64,000 nucleotides of DNA, taken from NCBI GenBank assembly GCA_963827275.1, contig CAWHAA010000010.1, forward strand, positions 352,001 through 416,000, read 5' to 3'. This stretch comes from an uncultured Spirochaetota bacterium (lineage in GTDB: Bacteria; Spirochaetota; UBA4802; UBA5550). Below the pieces are notes generated by a model. It worked only from the letters and a program-made list of their open reading frames with translations, did not search any database and had not been told where the DNA came from. How positions within the stretch are numbered: position 1 is the first letter of the stretch; each line of letters starts with the position of its first letter. The translations under genes and the position numbers were made by a program. Positions 50,204 to 59,009 of this stretch are shown here, one piece after another.

Positions 50204-51192
50204 GGACCCTCGCTGATGATCCGGTCCCCTCCGCCCTCGCGAGCCGTGAACATCCTCCTGAAACAGAGGTCGACAAGCTCTTTCGGATGGCCCGCGTGGG
50301 ACGGGTACGCGGCCACGCCGATGCTCACCGTCGTGCCGAACCCGCCGCCGGTTATATGGTCATAATTGAGCGCGGCCAGCAGCCGCAGCACGTGGCCGGC
50401 AAAGACACGCGCGGCATCGAGCCCCGTGGCCGGCAAAATGACGGCAAACTCGTCGCCCCTGAACCGCACCGCGATGTCCCGCTGCCGGAACTGCGACCTG
50501 ATGCTGAAGGCGATCAGGCGCAGGGCCTTGTCGCCCGCCTCGTGGCCGCATTCGTCGTTGATCGCCTTGAAGCGGTCCGGCTTGATCATTATAATGCAGG
50601 TCTCCGGGCCGAACTCCTCGAGCTGGCGCGGGAATTCCTCGTCGAGGAACGTCCTGTTGTAGAGGCCGGTGAGCTTGTCGTAGAAGAGCTGGTGCTTCAA
50701 TTCGCGGACCCACTGCGATTTCTCGGATATGAGCCGGTTGGTGCTCCGGATCCTGCCGGCAATGACCGCCATGAGCTCGTGGAGGATGCTCGCCGAAATA
50801 TCGGGGTGCAGGGCCAGCACGTCCTGGAACCGTATTTCCCGTGCGGGAAAGACCAGCAGCTCCGCGTCGGTCTCGGCGCTGGCCGTCGCGGTCATCTTCT
50901 TGTTCTCCAGAAGGTCCATCTCGCCGAAGCACTCGCCGGCGATAAACTGTGCGATATTGATGGTTTCATCCTCACCGCGCTTTTTGGTAATGAGCACTTC
51001 GCCCTTCCTGATCACGTAAAGCCCGTCGCCGTAGCTCCCCTCGCTGAAGATGACGTCGCCCTTGCCGTAGGCGTAATAACCGCTGTTCTCGGCCACAACG
51101 GCGAGCTCCCGGCTGCCGAGCTTGGCAAAGAGGTTCACCCCCTTCAGGAGGTCCATTTTTACGCTGATGTCGGTTTCGTTATCGGTGCCCAT
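50200..51192 (-). CDS. cNMP-binding + degenerate GGDEF (RGDEF) protein
   Basis: CFGEMDLL, DKLTGLYNR, IKPDRFKAIND and RQRD-IAVRF-RGDEF. Stop overlaps the next start (ATGA). Confidence 0.88.
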   Translation of the reverse strand: MGTDNETDISVKMDLLKGVNLFAKLGSRELAVVAENSGYYAYGKGDVIFSEGSYGDGLYVIRKGEVLITKKRGEDETINIAQFIAGECFGEMDLLENKKMTATASAETDAELLVFPAREIRFQDVLALHPDISASILHELMAVIAGRIRSTNRLISEKSQWVRELKHQLFYDKLTGLYNRTFLDEEFPRQLEEFGPETCIIMIKPDRFKAINDECGHEAGDKALRLIAFSIRSQFRQRDIAVRFRGDEFAVILPATGLDAARVFAGHVLRLLAALNYDHITGGGFGTTVSIGVAAYPSHAGHPKELVDLCFRRMFTAREGGGDRIISEGP

Positions 51193-51252
51193 CGCCCGTC
51201 CTGCATCTGAAAAAAGCCGCGCCCGGTGCCGCCGCGGCACCGGGGCATCGCC

Positions 51253-51726
51253 CTACCGGAGCTGCCGGTTGAGCATCTCCATGTAGCCCTTGAGCATGAA
51301 GAGCATGGCCCGGTCGAAGTAGAGGGTGACCCGGTTGTTCAGCTCAAGCGCCTCCATGTAATCGGTCTTCTCGTCATACATCCTGTTCATGACATAGAGC
51401 CATATGTGCCGCCGCTGGAGGATCAGGCCCTTCATCGCCTGCTGGACCGGGATCCCCATGTCAAAACGCTCCTTCCCGACCTTCACGTACCGCTCCTCGA
51501 TCTTGTCCTTGGAGAATTCCCGCGAGATCCACTTTGACAGGTCCTTGTACATCGTGACGCTCGACTCGTAGATCTTGTCGCGGTCGGCGCCCCGGTACGC
51601 GGCGGTTTCCGGGTGCTTCAGCAGGTCGTTCATGAACGTCTCGGTCAGTTCCTGGTGGTTTTCCTCGATGAGCTGAATGAACTTGTTTGAAAGTATGTTC
51701 CTGGTCTTGATGATCGGCTGTTTCAT
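51253..51726 (-). CDS. Small all-helical protein resembling RsbRD-N / non-heme globin-like sensor domains
   Basis: IQLIEEN...YVKVGKERFDMGIP...FDRAMLFMLKGY pattern and RBS AGGAGG. Confidence 0.55.
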   Translation of the reverse strand: MKQPIIKTRNILSNKFIQLIEENHQELTETFMNDLLKHPETAAYRGADRDKIYESSVTMYKDLSKWISREFSKDKIEERYVKVGKERFDMGIPVQQAMKGLILQRRHIWLYVMNRMYDEKTDYMEALELNNRVTLYFDRAMLFMLKGYMEMLNRQLR

Positions 51727-51755
51727 CTCATCCCCTCCTTGCCTCATGCGACGTC

Positions 51756-52976
51756 TTAATTTTCAAGGATCGTTATCTCCACGCGCCGGTTGCGCTTCAT
51801 CCCCGCTTCCGTCGAGTTGTCCGCTGCCGGCTCGCGGGACCCCCTGCCGCGCGTTGTCACCTGCGCCTTCCGGGTCACGCCCTTTGATATAAGGAAATCG
51901 GCGACCGCCATTGCGCGCTGCTCGGAGAGGACCTGCGACGTCCGCTCGTCCCCGAACCGCGCCGTGTGCCCGGTGACGAGGAGGTCCCGGTCGCCGAACC
52001 GCGCGAGCAGGCCTGCGATGCGACCCAGCTTTTCCCTCTCAGCCTCGGTCAGCAGCGATGAATTGGGAGGAAACTGCACATTCTCCATCACGATGGTGAC
52101 GCCCTGCTTGTCCTTCCGGACCGCCGTATCGGTAATCCCGCCGTCCCGGATCTTTTTATTCAGGTCATCGGCGACCTTCTCCCGGTCAAGGAGCGCGGAT
52201 TTCAGGAGCCGGCCGTCAGCGGTGCCCCGGTACTCAATCGTTGACCCGTTTGAAAGATGGAATATGTAATCGAAATCCTCGTGGTACGAGTGGAATATCC
52301 CGGAGGCGGTGTCCCACCAGTAGACGAGGTCTGATCTCCCCGTTATCTTCACCGGCACGGCGCGCGCCGGCGTGCGCGCGTAGCCGACCGTGTGGAAGGT
52401 GGTGTACTCGACCTTCAGCACGGCGCACGGCACCCCCTCCTTTACCTCATCGCGCAGGTAGGTAAAGTGAGCCTTCACCGGGAAGCGGAGCGGGTCCCGG
52501 ATGTCGTAGCCGCGCCGGAGATCATGCACCTCCTCGGCTTCACCCGTCCAGGCGTCGCCCGGCACCACGGCCCTGCCGGGAAACTGCGGCACGTTCCGCA
52601 CTACCGGCATGAAGTACTTCCCCTCTATGGTGAAAATCCCCGCCCCGTCGCGCCAGAACTGCGAATGGTAATCCTCTTTTAAATGGTAGGTGTTCAGGCC
52701 GCCCTGTATGATCTCCGACATCTGGAAATCGCATTCGAGCCTGCCGCTGCCCTCACGCACCTCGGCGGTGTGCACTGCGACCTTGTTGAGGATGCGCGAC
52801 GCATGGGAGCGGGCGCCGTTTACGAGGATCTCCTCGTTCACCTCGGTAAGGATGCGGTAGTTGGCCCCCTGTTCATACTTGAATTTCAGGGCCTGCCCGT
52901 CAGCCAGCGCCGTACTGCCGGCAGGCAGGGCCAACAGGAGCAGGCATATCGGCATACAGCGGGAAAAACGTTTCAT
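51756..52976 (-). CDS. OmpA-family peptidoglycan-binding protein
   Basis: Signal peptide, VTGHTA, LSEQRAMAV and NRRVEITI. Confidence 0.9.
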   Translation of the reverse strand: MKRFSRCMPICLLLLALPAGSTALADGQALKFKYEQGANYRILTEVNEEILVNGARSHASRILNKVAVHTAEVREGSGRLECDFQMSEIIQGGLNTYHLKEDYHSQFWRDGAGIFTIEGKYFMPVVRNVPQFPGRAVVPGDAWTGEAEEVHDLRRGYDIRDPLRFPVKAHFTYLRDEVKEGVPCAVLKVEYTTFHTVGYARTPARAVPVKITGRSDLVYWWDTASGIFHSYHEDFDYIFHLSNGSTIEYRGTADGRLLKSALLDREKVADDLNKKIRDGGITDTAVRKDKQGVTIVMENVQFPPNSSLLTEAEREKLGRIAGLLARFGDRDLLVTGHTARFGDERTSQVLSEQRAMAVADFLISKGVTRKAQVTTRGRGSREPAADNSTEAGMKRNRRVEITILEN

Positions 52977-53090
52977 GTCTGTCACCCCTCCATGTATCAA
53001 TCAGTACGCCGCGCCGGGCGGACCCGGCGCCGGCCTGTTCCGCGGCGAACTTCATCGGCTGTCGTTTCAACCCTCATTGTGTCGTCCGCG

Positions 53091-53693
53091 CTATTCCTTC
53101 TCTTCTCCCAGCGGTGCCTCGATCAACCGGGACTTCATCTTTTTTCTTCCTCTCAGACGTTTGACGATATATATAACCGAAGCGACCAGGAAGATACCCC
53201 CCATGATTATCAGCTCGTATTTCTTGATATCATCAACCACCGCTTCCATGATCTGTCCGAAAAAAAATCCGAGCACCCCGAGCGTCACCGCCCAGATCGC
53301 GGCGCTGAGTATGTTTAGCAAAATAAACTTCTTCAGGGAAACGCTGCTCAGGCCAATGGCAAAGGGGGCCACAGTGCGAAGGCCGTATAAAAAACGAAAC
53401 GCCAGGATAAACCAGGTTTCATGCCTGGCCATCAGCTTCCTGAAACGGATGACGCGGGGTTCCCAGCTCCTGTATTTCTTGAGCAGCGATTCGCCCTTGT
53501 ACCGGCCTATGAAGAAATAGAGCTGGTCTCCGAAGAGGCTGCCGAAAAACGCCGCCACAATAACAAAGGGAAGCTCCAGGTATGCCTCGTAGGCCGCGAA
53601 GCCGGCGACAACAAGAATGGTCTCACCCTCAAGAAACGTACCGATGAATACCGCCAGGTAGCCGAATTCCCGCACAAGCGATTCTATGTTCAT
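53091..53693 (-). CDS. DedA family membrane protein
   Basis: FLEGETIL, GDQLYFFIGR and RFLYGLRTVAP. Confidence 0.9.
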   Translation of the reverse strand: MNIESLVREFGYLAVFIGTFLEGETILVVAGFAAYEAYLELPFVIVAAFFGSLFGDQLYFFIGRYKGESLLKKYRSWEPRVIRFRKLMARHETWFILAFRFLYGLRTVAPFAIGLSSVSLKKFILLNILSAAIWAVTLGVLGFFFGQIMEAVVDDIKKYELIIMGGIFLVASVIYIVKRLRGRKKMKSRLIEAPLGEEKE

Positions 53694-54757
53694 TTTATGA
53701 TAATCCTTTGAGTTGCATTCCCTTTCGCCGTGGCGATGACCGCTGCGTCCGCGACCCCCGCGGCATGCAGGTCGGCCAGGAATTGCTCCGCCCTTCCTTC
53801 AGGAACGGCGATAAGAAGCCCGCCCGAGGTCTGCGGGTCAAACAGTATATCGGCGAGCTCGGCGGAAAGCGACGGCCCGGTCTCGCACAGGCCGCCGACG
53901 AACTCCCGGTTCCGGTACATGCCGCCGGGGATGAGGCCGCCCGCCGCCGCATCGCGCGCGCCGGGGAGCACCGGGACGCGCTTCGCGTCGATCGTGATTT
54001 CAAGAGCGTTTTTTCCCAGCATCTCCTTCAGATGGCCGACCAGGCCGAACCCGGTGACGTCGGTGCAGGCATGGACGCCGTGCAGGAGCATGATCTCCGC
54101 GGCCGCGCTGTTCAGTGTCGTCATTGAGCGGACAAACGGCCCGATGACCCCCTCGCCCTGCGGGCCCGCCTTCTGGGCGGTCGCTATCAGGCCGGTGCCG
54201 AGCGGCTTCGTCAGCACGATGACGTCGCCGTCGGCCGGCGTATCGTTGCGCACCGCCCTGTCCGGACGCACCGTGCCCGTCACCGCGAGGCCGTACTTCA
54301 GCTCGGGGTCATCGACGCTGTGGCCGCCGAGGAGCTGCGTCCCCGCCTCTTCCATGACGGAGAGGCCGCCCGCGAGGATATCGCGCAGTACGCCCATGGA
54401 GAATTTTTTTACGGGAAAGCATACGACGTTCAGCGCCGTTATGGGCCTGCCGCCCATGGCGTAGATGTCCGACAGGCTGTTGCATGCAGCAATCCTGCCG
54501 AAGGTAAAGGGATCGTCAACGATCGGGGTGATGTAATCGACGGTCTGAACCAGCGCGATCGATTCAGATATCCGGTAGACGCCGGCATCGTCGCTGGCGT
54601 CCATCCCCACAATGACATTCCCGTCGTAGCTGACGCGCATGCCCCTCATTACCGCTTCAAGGTCGCCCGGACCTATCTTGGCCGCTCAGCCGGAGCTGGT
54701 GACTGACTCGGTGAGGCGCAGCTGGTCCAGCCTGCTGATGTCGCACTTGTCGCCCAT
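53690..54757 (-). CDS. selD: Selenide, water dikinase with selenocysteine at codon 24 (in-frame UGA 54686-54688)
   Basis: Reading through UGA gives MGDKCDISRLDQLRLTESVTSSG-U-AAKIGPGDL. RBS AAGGAG. Motifs DDAGVY, NSLSDIYAMGG, GGHS, TDVTGFGL and DPQTSGGLL. Confidence 0.93.
54660..54674 (-). promoter_or_regulatory. Candidate bacterial SECIS hairpin in selD
   Basis: AGGTC-CGGGC-GACCT stem-loop starting 11 nt after the UGA, with a G-containing apical loop. Confidence 0.65.
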
Positions 54758-54822
54758 TGCTTCTCCTTCTCCCCGGGTTACAGCCCGGGGCTATCAGAAC
54801 CCGGAGATATCAGAATCCGGGA

Positions 54823-55047
54823 TCATACCCATTCCTCAATCCTCTCGTATCCCACACCGCTCTTTTCAAGCACGTCCTTCACCCGCTGGACGTCTTCCTT
54901 CAGGACACGCACACAGTAGCCGCAGTCCGGGCTCAGTGAACTCGGTATCGGCACCATTTTCCTCTCGATGCCCGCCTTCTTTAAAAGGCGGAATGTCCAG
55001 ACGGACTGGGTAATGGAGCGGAAGAGTATCACGCAATAATTTTTCAT
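54823..55047 (-). CDS. DUF3343-like putative S/Se carrier protein
   Basis: 74 aa: CVILFRS...MVPIPSSLSPDCGYCVR. Lies between the desulfurase and selD, with ATGA overlap. Confidence 0.75.
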   Translation of the reverse strand: MKNYCVILFRSITQSVWTFRLLKKAGIERKMVPIPSSLSPDCGYCVRVLKEDVQRVKDVLEKSGVGYERIEEWV

Positions 55048-56238
55048 CGCTTCCCGCGGCTGATTTCCCCGAGCGCCCGTACGGCGAAATCGACCTCTTC
55101 TATCGTGTTGTAAATCCCGAAACTGAACCGCACCGTACCGCGCGGGTATGTCCCCATGGAGCGATGGGCCAGCGGGGCGCACTGAAGCCCGGGCCGGCAC
55201 ATGATCCTGTAGCCTTCCGAAAGATGAAACGCGGCTTCGGACGGCTCGATGCCGTCTATATTAAAAGAAACGACCCCCGTCCCGACCATGTCCGCCGGCA
55301 CATAGAGCTGCACTCCCCGCACGGATTCACCCGCGCGGGCAATAAAACGCTCCGCGAGCGCCCTTTTATGCGATTGTATCCCCCGCACGCCGTCCTGTAA
55401 AGACAAAATATGCCGTATCCCCGCAAAGAGGCCGCTGATGCCGGCGGCGTTCAGGGTGCCGCTTTCATACTTGTCCGGAAGGAACCCCGGCTGGTATTCG
55501 CTGTCCGAATTGCTGCCGGTGCCCCCGAATTTCAGGGGGCGGAGACGCTCCGCATCGAAGCTTCCCGCGAGCACGAGGCCGCCGGTCCCGGTAGGCCCGT
55601 AGAGCCCCTTGTGGCCGGCAAAGGCGAGCAGGTCGATGTAATCCTGCTCCATATCGATGGGGATGACACCGGCGGTCTGGGCGCAGTCCGCGAGAAGGAG
55701 GACGCCCCTCTCCCTGCACAGCGCCCCGATCTCGCGCAGCGGCTGGAGGGTGCCGAAGGCGTTCGAGGCGTGGTTGATTACCGCGAGCCTCGTTTCCGGT
55801 CGGATGCTCCGTCGAGAAGAGGGCGGGGTCCAGGCGCCCGCCCGGGCAGGGGACCACCGTCAGTGATACGCCGCGGGCCTCCATCTCCCGGAGGGGGCGG
55901 ATCACGCTGTTGTGCTCCATGGCCGAGGTGACGGCATGGTCCCCCGCGCCGAGGAGGCCCTGGATGGCGAGGTTGAGCGCCTCAGTGGCATTGGAGCTGA
56001 ATATCACCCGCATGGGACTTGCCGCGCCGAACAGGCCCGCCGCCGCCTCCCGCGCCGAAAAGACCGCCTCACCCGCGTCCACCGCGCGGGCATGCGCGGA
56101 CCGCCCCGGGTTCCCGCCGACGCGGGTCATGTAGTCCACGACCGCTTCGGTCACGGCCGCGGGCTTCGGGAACGAGGTGGCCGCGTTATCGAAATAAATG
56201 GCGCCGGCGGCTTCTTCCTGTGATGTCATATCTTTCAA
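55044..56238 (-). CDS. Class V PLP aminotransferase (cysteine desulfurase / selenocysteine lyase-like), one frameshift near 55815
   Basis: IYFDNAATSFPKP, NATEALN and EHNSV; after the shift NHASNAFG, DCAQTAG, GHKGLYGPTGTG, ESGTLN and RPGLQCAP. Confidence 0.9.
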
Positions 56239-56493
56239 TTAATGCAGTTTCTTTCAATTGGACTTGCGGACATGCCCAGGATCTGCTCAAGGGCACGCTT
56301 CATCTTCCGTCCCGATCGATTATTTAGCAAGAAATTTTTTTCCTTCGTGCTGCCGCGGGGGACAACGGGGCCTATTATCACGGCGGCTTAATGTTTTTTT
56401 ACTTGCGCAATTATCCGCATGGATGGTAGTGTCACAAACCATGTTCATTGCCGGGACTGAAAAGTAAACGTCATTGCGCGGCCATCATAGCCC

Positions 56494-57948
56494 ATGTTCA
56501 CATATTTTGAATACATCATCATCTTTATCCCCCTTGTCCTGATCGCGTACTTTCTCATGAATTCGCGGGGACTGTACAGGCCCGCGTCGTTCTTCCTGAT
56601 CGGCGCCAGCCTCCTTTTCTACGGGCTCTGGAGGCCGGTCTTCGTTCCCCTGCTGCTGCTGTCCATTCTCGTAAATTTCGCGGTCGGCACGGCCCTCACC
56701 CGGCACGGGCCGGGGGCCATGAAGAAAAAAACACTCATTATCGCCGGCCTCTGCTTCAACATCGGGCTGCTCGGCTACTTCAAGTACATGAACTTCTTCA
56801 TTCAGAACATCAACCTCCTCTTCGGGTCGGACATCGGCCCCATGAAGATACTGCTCCCCCTGGGGATCAGCTTTTACACCTTTCTCCAGATTTCATTCAT
56901 CGTCGATTGCTACCGCGGCAAGATCATGGCCATAGACCCGCTCCGGTACCTGGAGTTCGTCACCTTCTTCCCCAAGCTCCTGCAGGGCCCCATTACCACC
57001 CATGACGAGATGGTGGCGCAGTTCGGCGACCCCGGAACGAAACGGGTGAACTATGAAAATATCGCCCGCGGTCTGCTGCTCCTCGCCATCGGCCTGATAA
57101 AAAAGATGGTCATCGCGGACAACCTCGCCGTCTGGGCCAATACCGGCTTCGACAGCGCCCCGGTGCTCAATTTTCTCGAGGCGTGGTTCGCCGCCCTCTC
57201 CTTCATCTTCCAGGTATACTTCGATTTCAGCGGCTACAGCGACATCGCCATCGGCATCGCGCTGATGTTCAACATCAAATTGCCGCTGAACTTCGATTCA
57301 CCCTACAAGGCGACCGACATCCAGGACCTCTGGCGCCGCTGGCACATCACCTTCCAGCGGTTCATGCGCGACTACGTGTATATATCCCTCGGCGGGAGCC
57401 GCAAAGGCGAAGCGCGGCTCTATTTCAACCTTATCATTACGTTCATTATCGGCGGCTTCTGGCACGGCGCCGGGTGGGGCTTTATCTTCTGGGGCGCGCT
57501 CAACGGGGTCGCCCTGATCGTCCACCGTATATGGAGAAAAACCGGGGTCGTGATGAACGACCACCTCGCCAGGGCAGCGACCTTTTTATTTTTCCTTTTT
57601 TCCGGCGTATATTTCAGGGCCGCTTCGCTCAAGGACGCCTTCAAGGTGCACCGCGGCATGCTCGGCCTCGAAGGATTCGCCCTGCCGGAATCCCTGAAGG
57701 GGCTCCCCTTTTTGAAGCCGCTCGCCGCGGACCGGGGCAACTGGCTGGCGCACCTCGGCCCGGAACAATATCATTTTATCTATCTCATACTGGCCTCGAT
57801 TGTAATAATCTTTTTCATGAAAAATTCAATGGAGCTGACTGAACGGATGAAGCCGACGGTCCGGTGGGCGCTGTTCGCCGGGCTTATCCTCGGCATCGGC
57901 ATACTGCACCTGACCCAGGTATCGGAATTCATCTATGCAAATTTTTAA
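56494..57948 (+). CDS. MBOAT O-acyltransferase (AlgI/DltB family)
   Basis: LPLGISFYTF, YFDFSGYSD, NFDSPY, WRRWHIT and GFWHGA. Confidence 0.93.
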   Translation: MFTYFEYIIIFIPLVLIAYFLMNSRGLYRPASFFLIGASLLFYGLWRPVFVPLLLLSILVNFAVGTALTRHGPGAMKKKTLIIAGLCFNIGLLGYFKYMNFFIQNINLLFGSDIGPMKILLPLGISFYTFLQISFIVDCYRGKIMAIDPLRYLEFVTFFPKLLQGPITTHDEMVAQFGDPGTKRVNYENIARGLLLLAIGLIKKMVIADNLAVWANTGFDSAPVLNFLEAWFAALSFIFQVYFDFSGYSDIAIGIALMFNIKLPLNFDSPYKATDIQDLWRRWHITFQRFMRDYVYISLGGSRKGEARLYFNLIITFIIGGFWHGAGWGFIFWGALNGVALIVHRIWRKTGVVMNDHLARAATFLFFLFSGVYFRAASLKDAFKVHRGMLGLEGFALPESLKGLPFLKPLAADRGNWLAHLGPEQYHFIYLILASIVIIFFMKNSMELTERMKPTVRWALFAGLILGIGILHLTQVSEFIYANF

Positions 57949-57951
57949 GCT

Positions 57952-59007
57952 GTGACGACTATGAATTTTAAAAAATGGACCATCATTACCCTCCTGCTCT
58001 CCCTGATCGTGCCGGGCATCGCCGCGGGCATCAATTATTTCATGGACCCCCTCTGGTGCTTTTCCCATTCGCACCGGTTCAACATGGTGCAGGACGATTT
58101 CAATGAGCGCCAGCAGAAGACCAATTATATAACCTTTCGCGACTTCAATTACCGGGGGATCATCATAGGCGCCAGCACCAGTACGAACATCAGCCAGCGG
58201 TCGTTCGCGGGCATCTCCGTGTACAATTACGCGATAAACGGGCTCACCCCGGGCGAATACCTTCCCTACCTCACCTACGCGAAGCAGAGGAACGGACGCG
58301 ATTTCGAATACATCTTCCTCGGGCTGGATTTTCTCATGGCGGCGAGCTTCGGCGACCTGCAGATTGACGCCGAGAAGGTTTTTTCAGAAACTAACGGCTG
58401 GCTCTACCGGGTCAAGACGCTGGTCAGCGTCGACACCCTGAAATTCTCCAGGAAAAACTTCATGAACTCACTGGGGGTCCGCCATATCTATTACGACCGG
58501 GACAACATCAAGCACACGACCCCCCTGCCGCCCGAACGGATAGCATTGCACATGCAATACCTTATGGCGCATTTTGAAAAATCAAAAAGTCCCTATTCCT
58601 TCAACAATTTCGTCTACAACCCGGGGTACCGCGCCACGCTGAAAAAAATGCGGGATGAAAATCCGCGGAGCAGATTCGTCGTGTTCACCACGCCGGTCAT
58701 CATGCCCCTCATGGCATCGCTGGTCAAAAACAGGCTGCTCGGCGAATACCTGCGATGGATCAGGGACATCGTCGAGATATACGGCGACTGTTACCACTTC
58801 ATGTACCCGACCGCGATCAGCAGGGACTACATGAACAACTTCCACGACCCCAACCACTACAACAGCTCGGTGTGCACCTTGATGGTCGACGCCATGTATA
58901 ATAATACAATCACCGGTGACACGGACTTCGGGATGTATATCGACCGGTCGAACCTCCCCCGCAAGCTGGCGCAGCTGGAGCGCGCCATGAAGCAGGCGGC
59001 GCGCTGA
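57952..59007 (+). CDS. SGNH-like partner of the MBOAT (AlgJ/DltD-like)
   Basis: N-terminal TM helix, NYFMDP, IIGASTS and DPNHY (DxxH). Confidence 0.65.
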   Translation: MTTMNFKKWTIITLLLSLIVPGIAAGINYFMDPLWCFSHSHRFNMVQDDFNERQQKTNYITFRDFNYRGIIIGASTSTNISQRSFAGISVYNYAINGLTPGEYLPYLTYAKQRNGRDFEYIFLGLDFLMAASFGDLQIDAEKVFSETNGWLYRVKTLVSVDTLKFSRKNFMNSLGVRHIYYDRDNIKHTTPLPPERIALHMQYLMAHFEKSKSPYSFNNFVYNPGYRATLKKMRDENPRSRFVVFTTPVIMPLMASLVKNRLLGEYLRWIRDIVEIYGDCYHFMYPTAISRDYMNNFHDPNHYNSSVCTLMVDAMYNNTITGDTDFGMYIDRSNLPRKLAQLERAMKQAAR

Positions 59008-59009
59008 CA

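Noticed and set aside
54823..54825. Sec readthrough at the DUF3343 TGA stop
   Set aside because: The TGA is at the expected end of the domain, not at a Cys-equivalent position, and readthrough adds only a short non-conserved-looking tail.
55800..55830. Programmed frameshift in the desulfurase gene
   Set aside because: No slippery heptamer is evident, and similar indels in unrelated genes point to sequence error.
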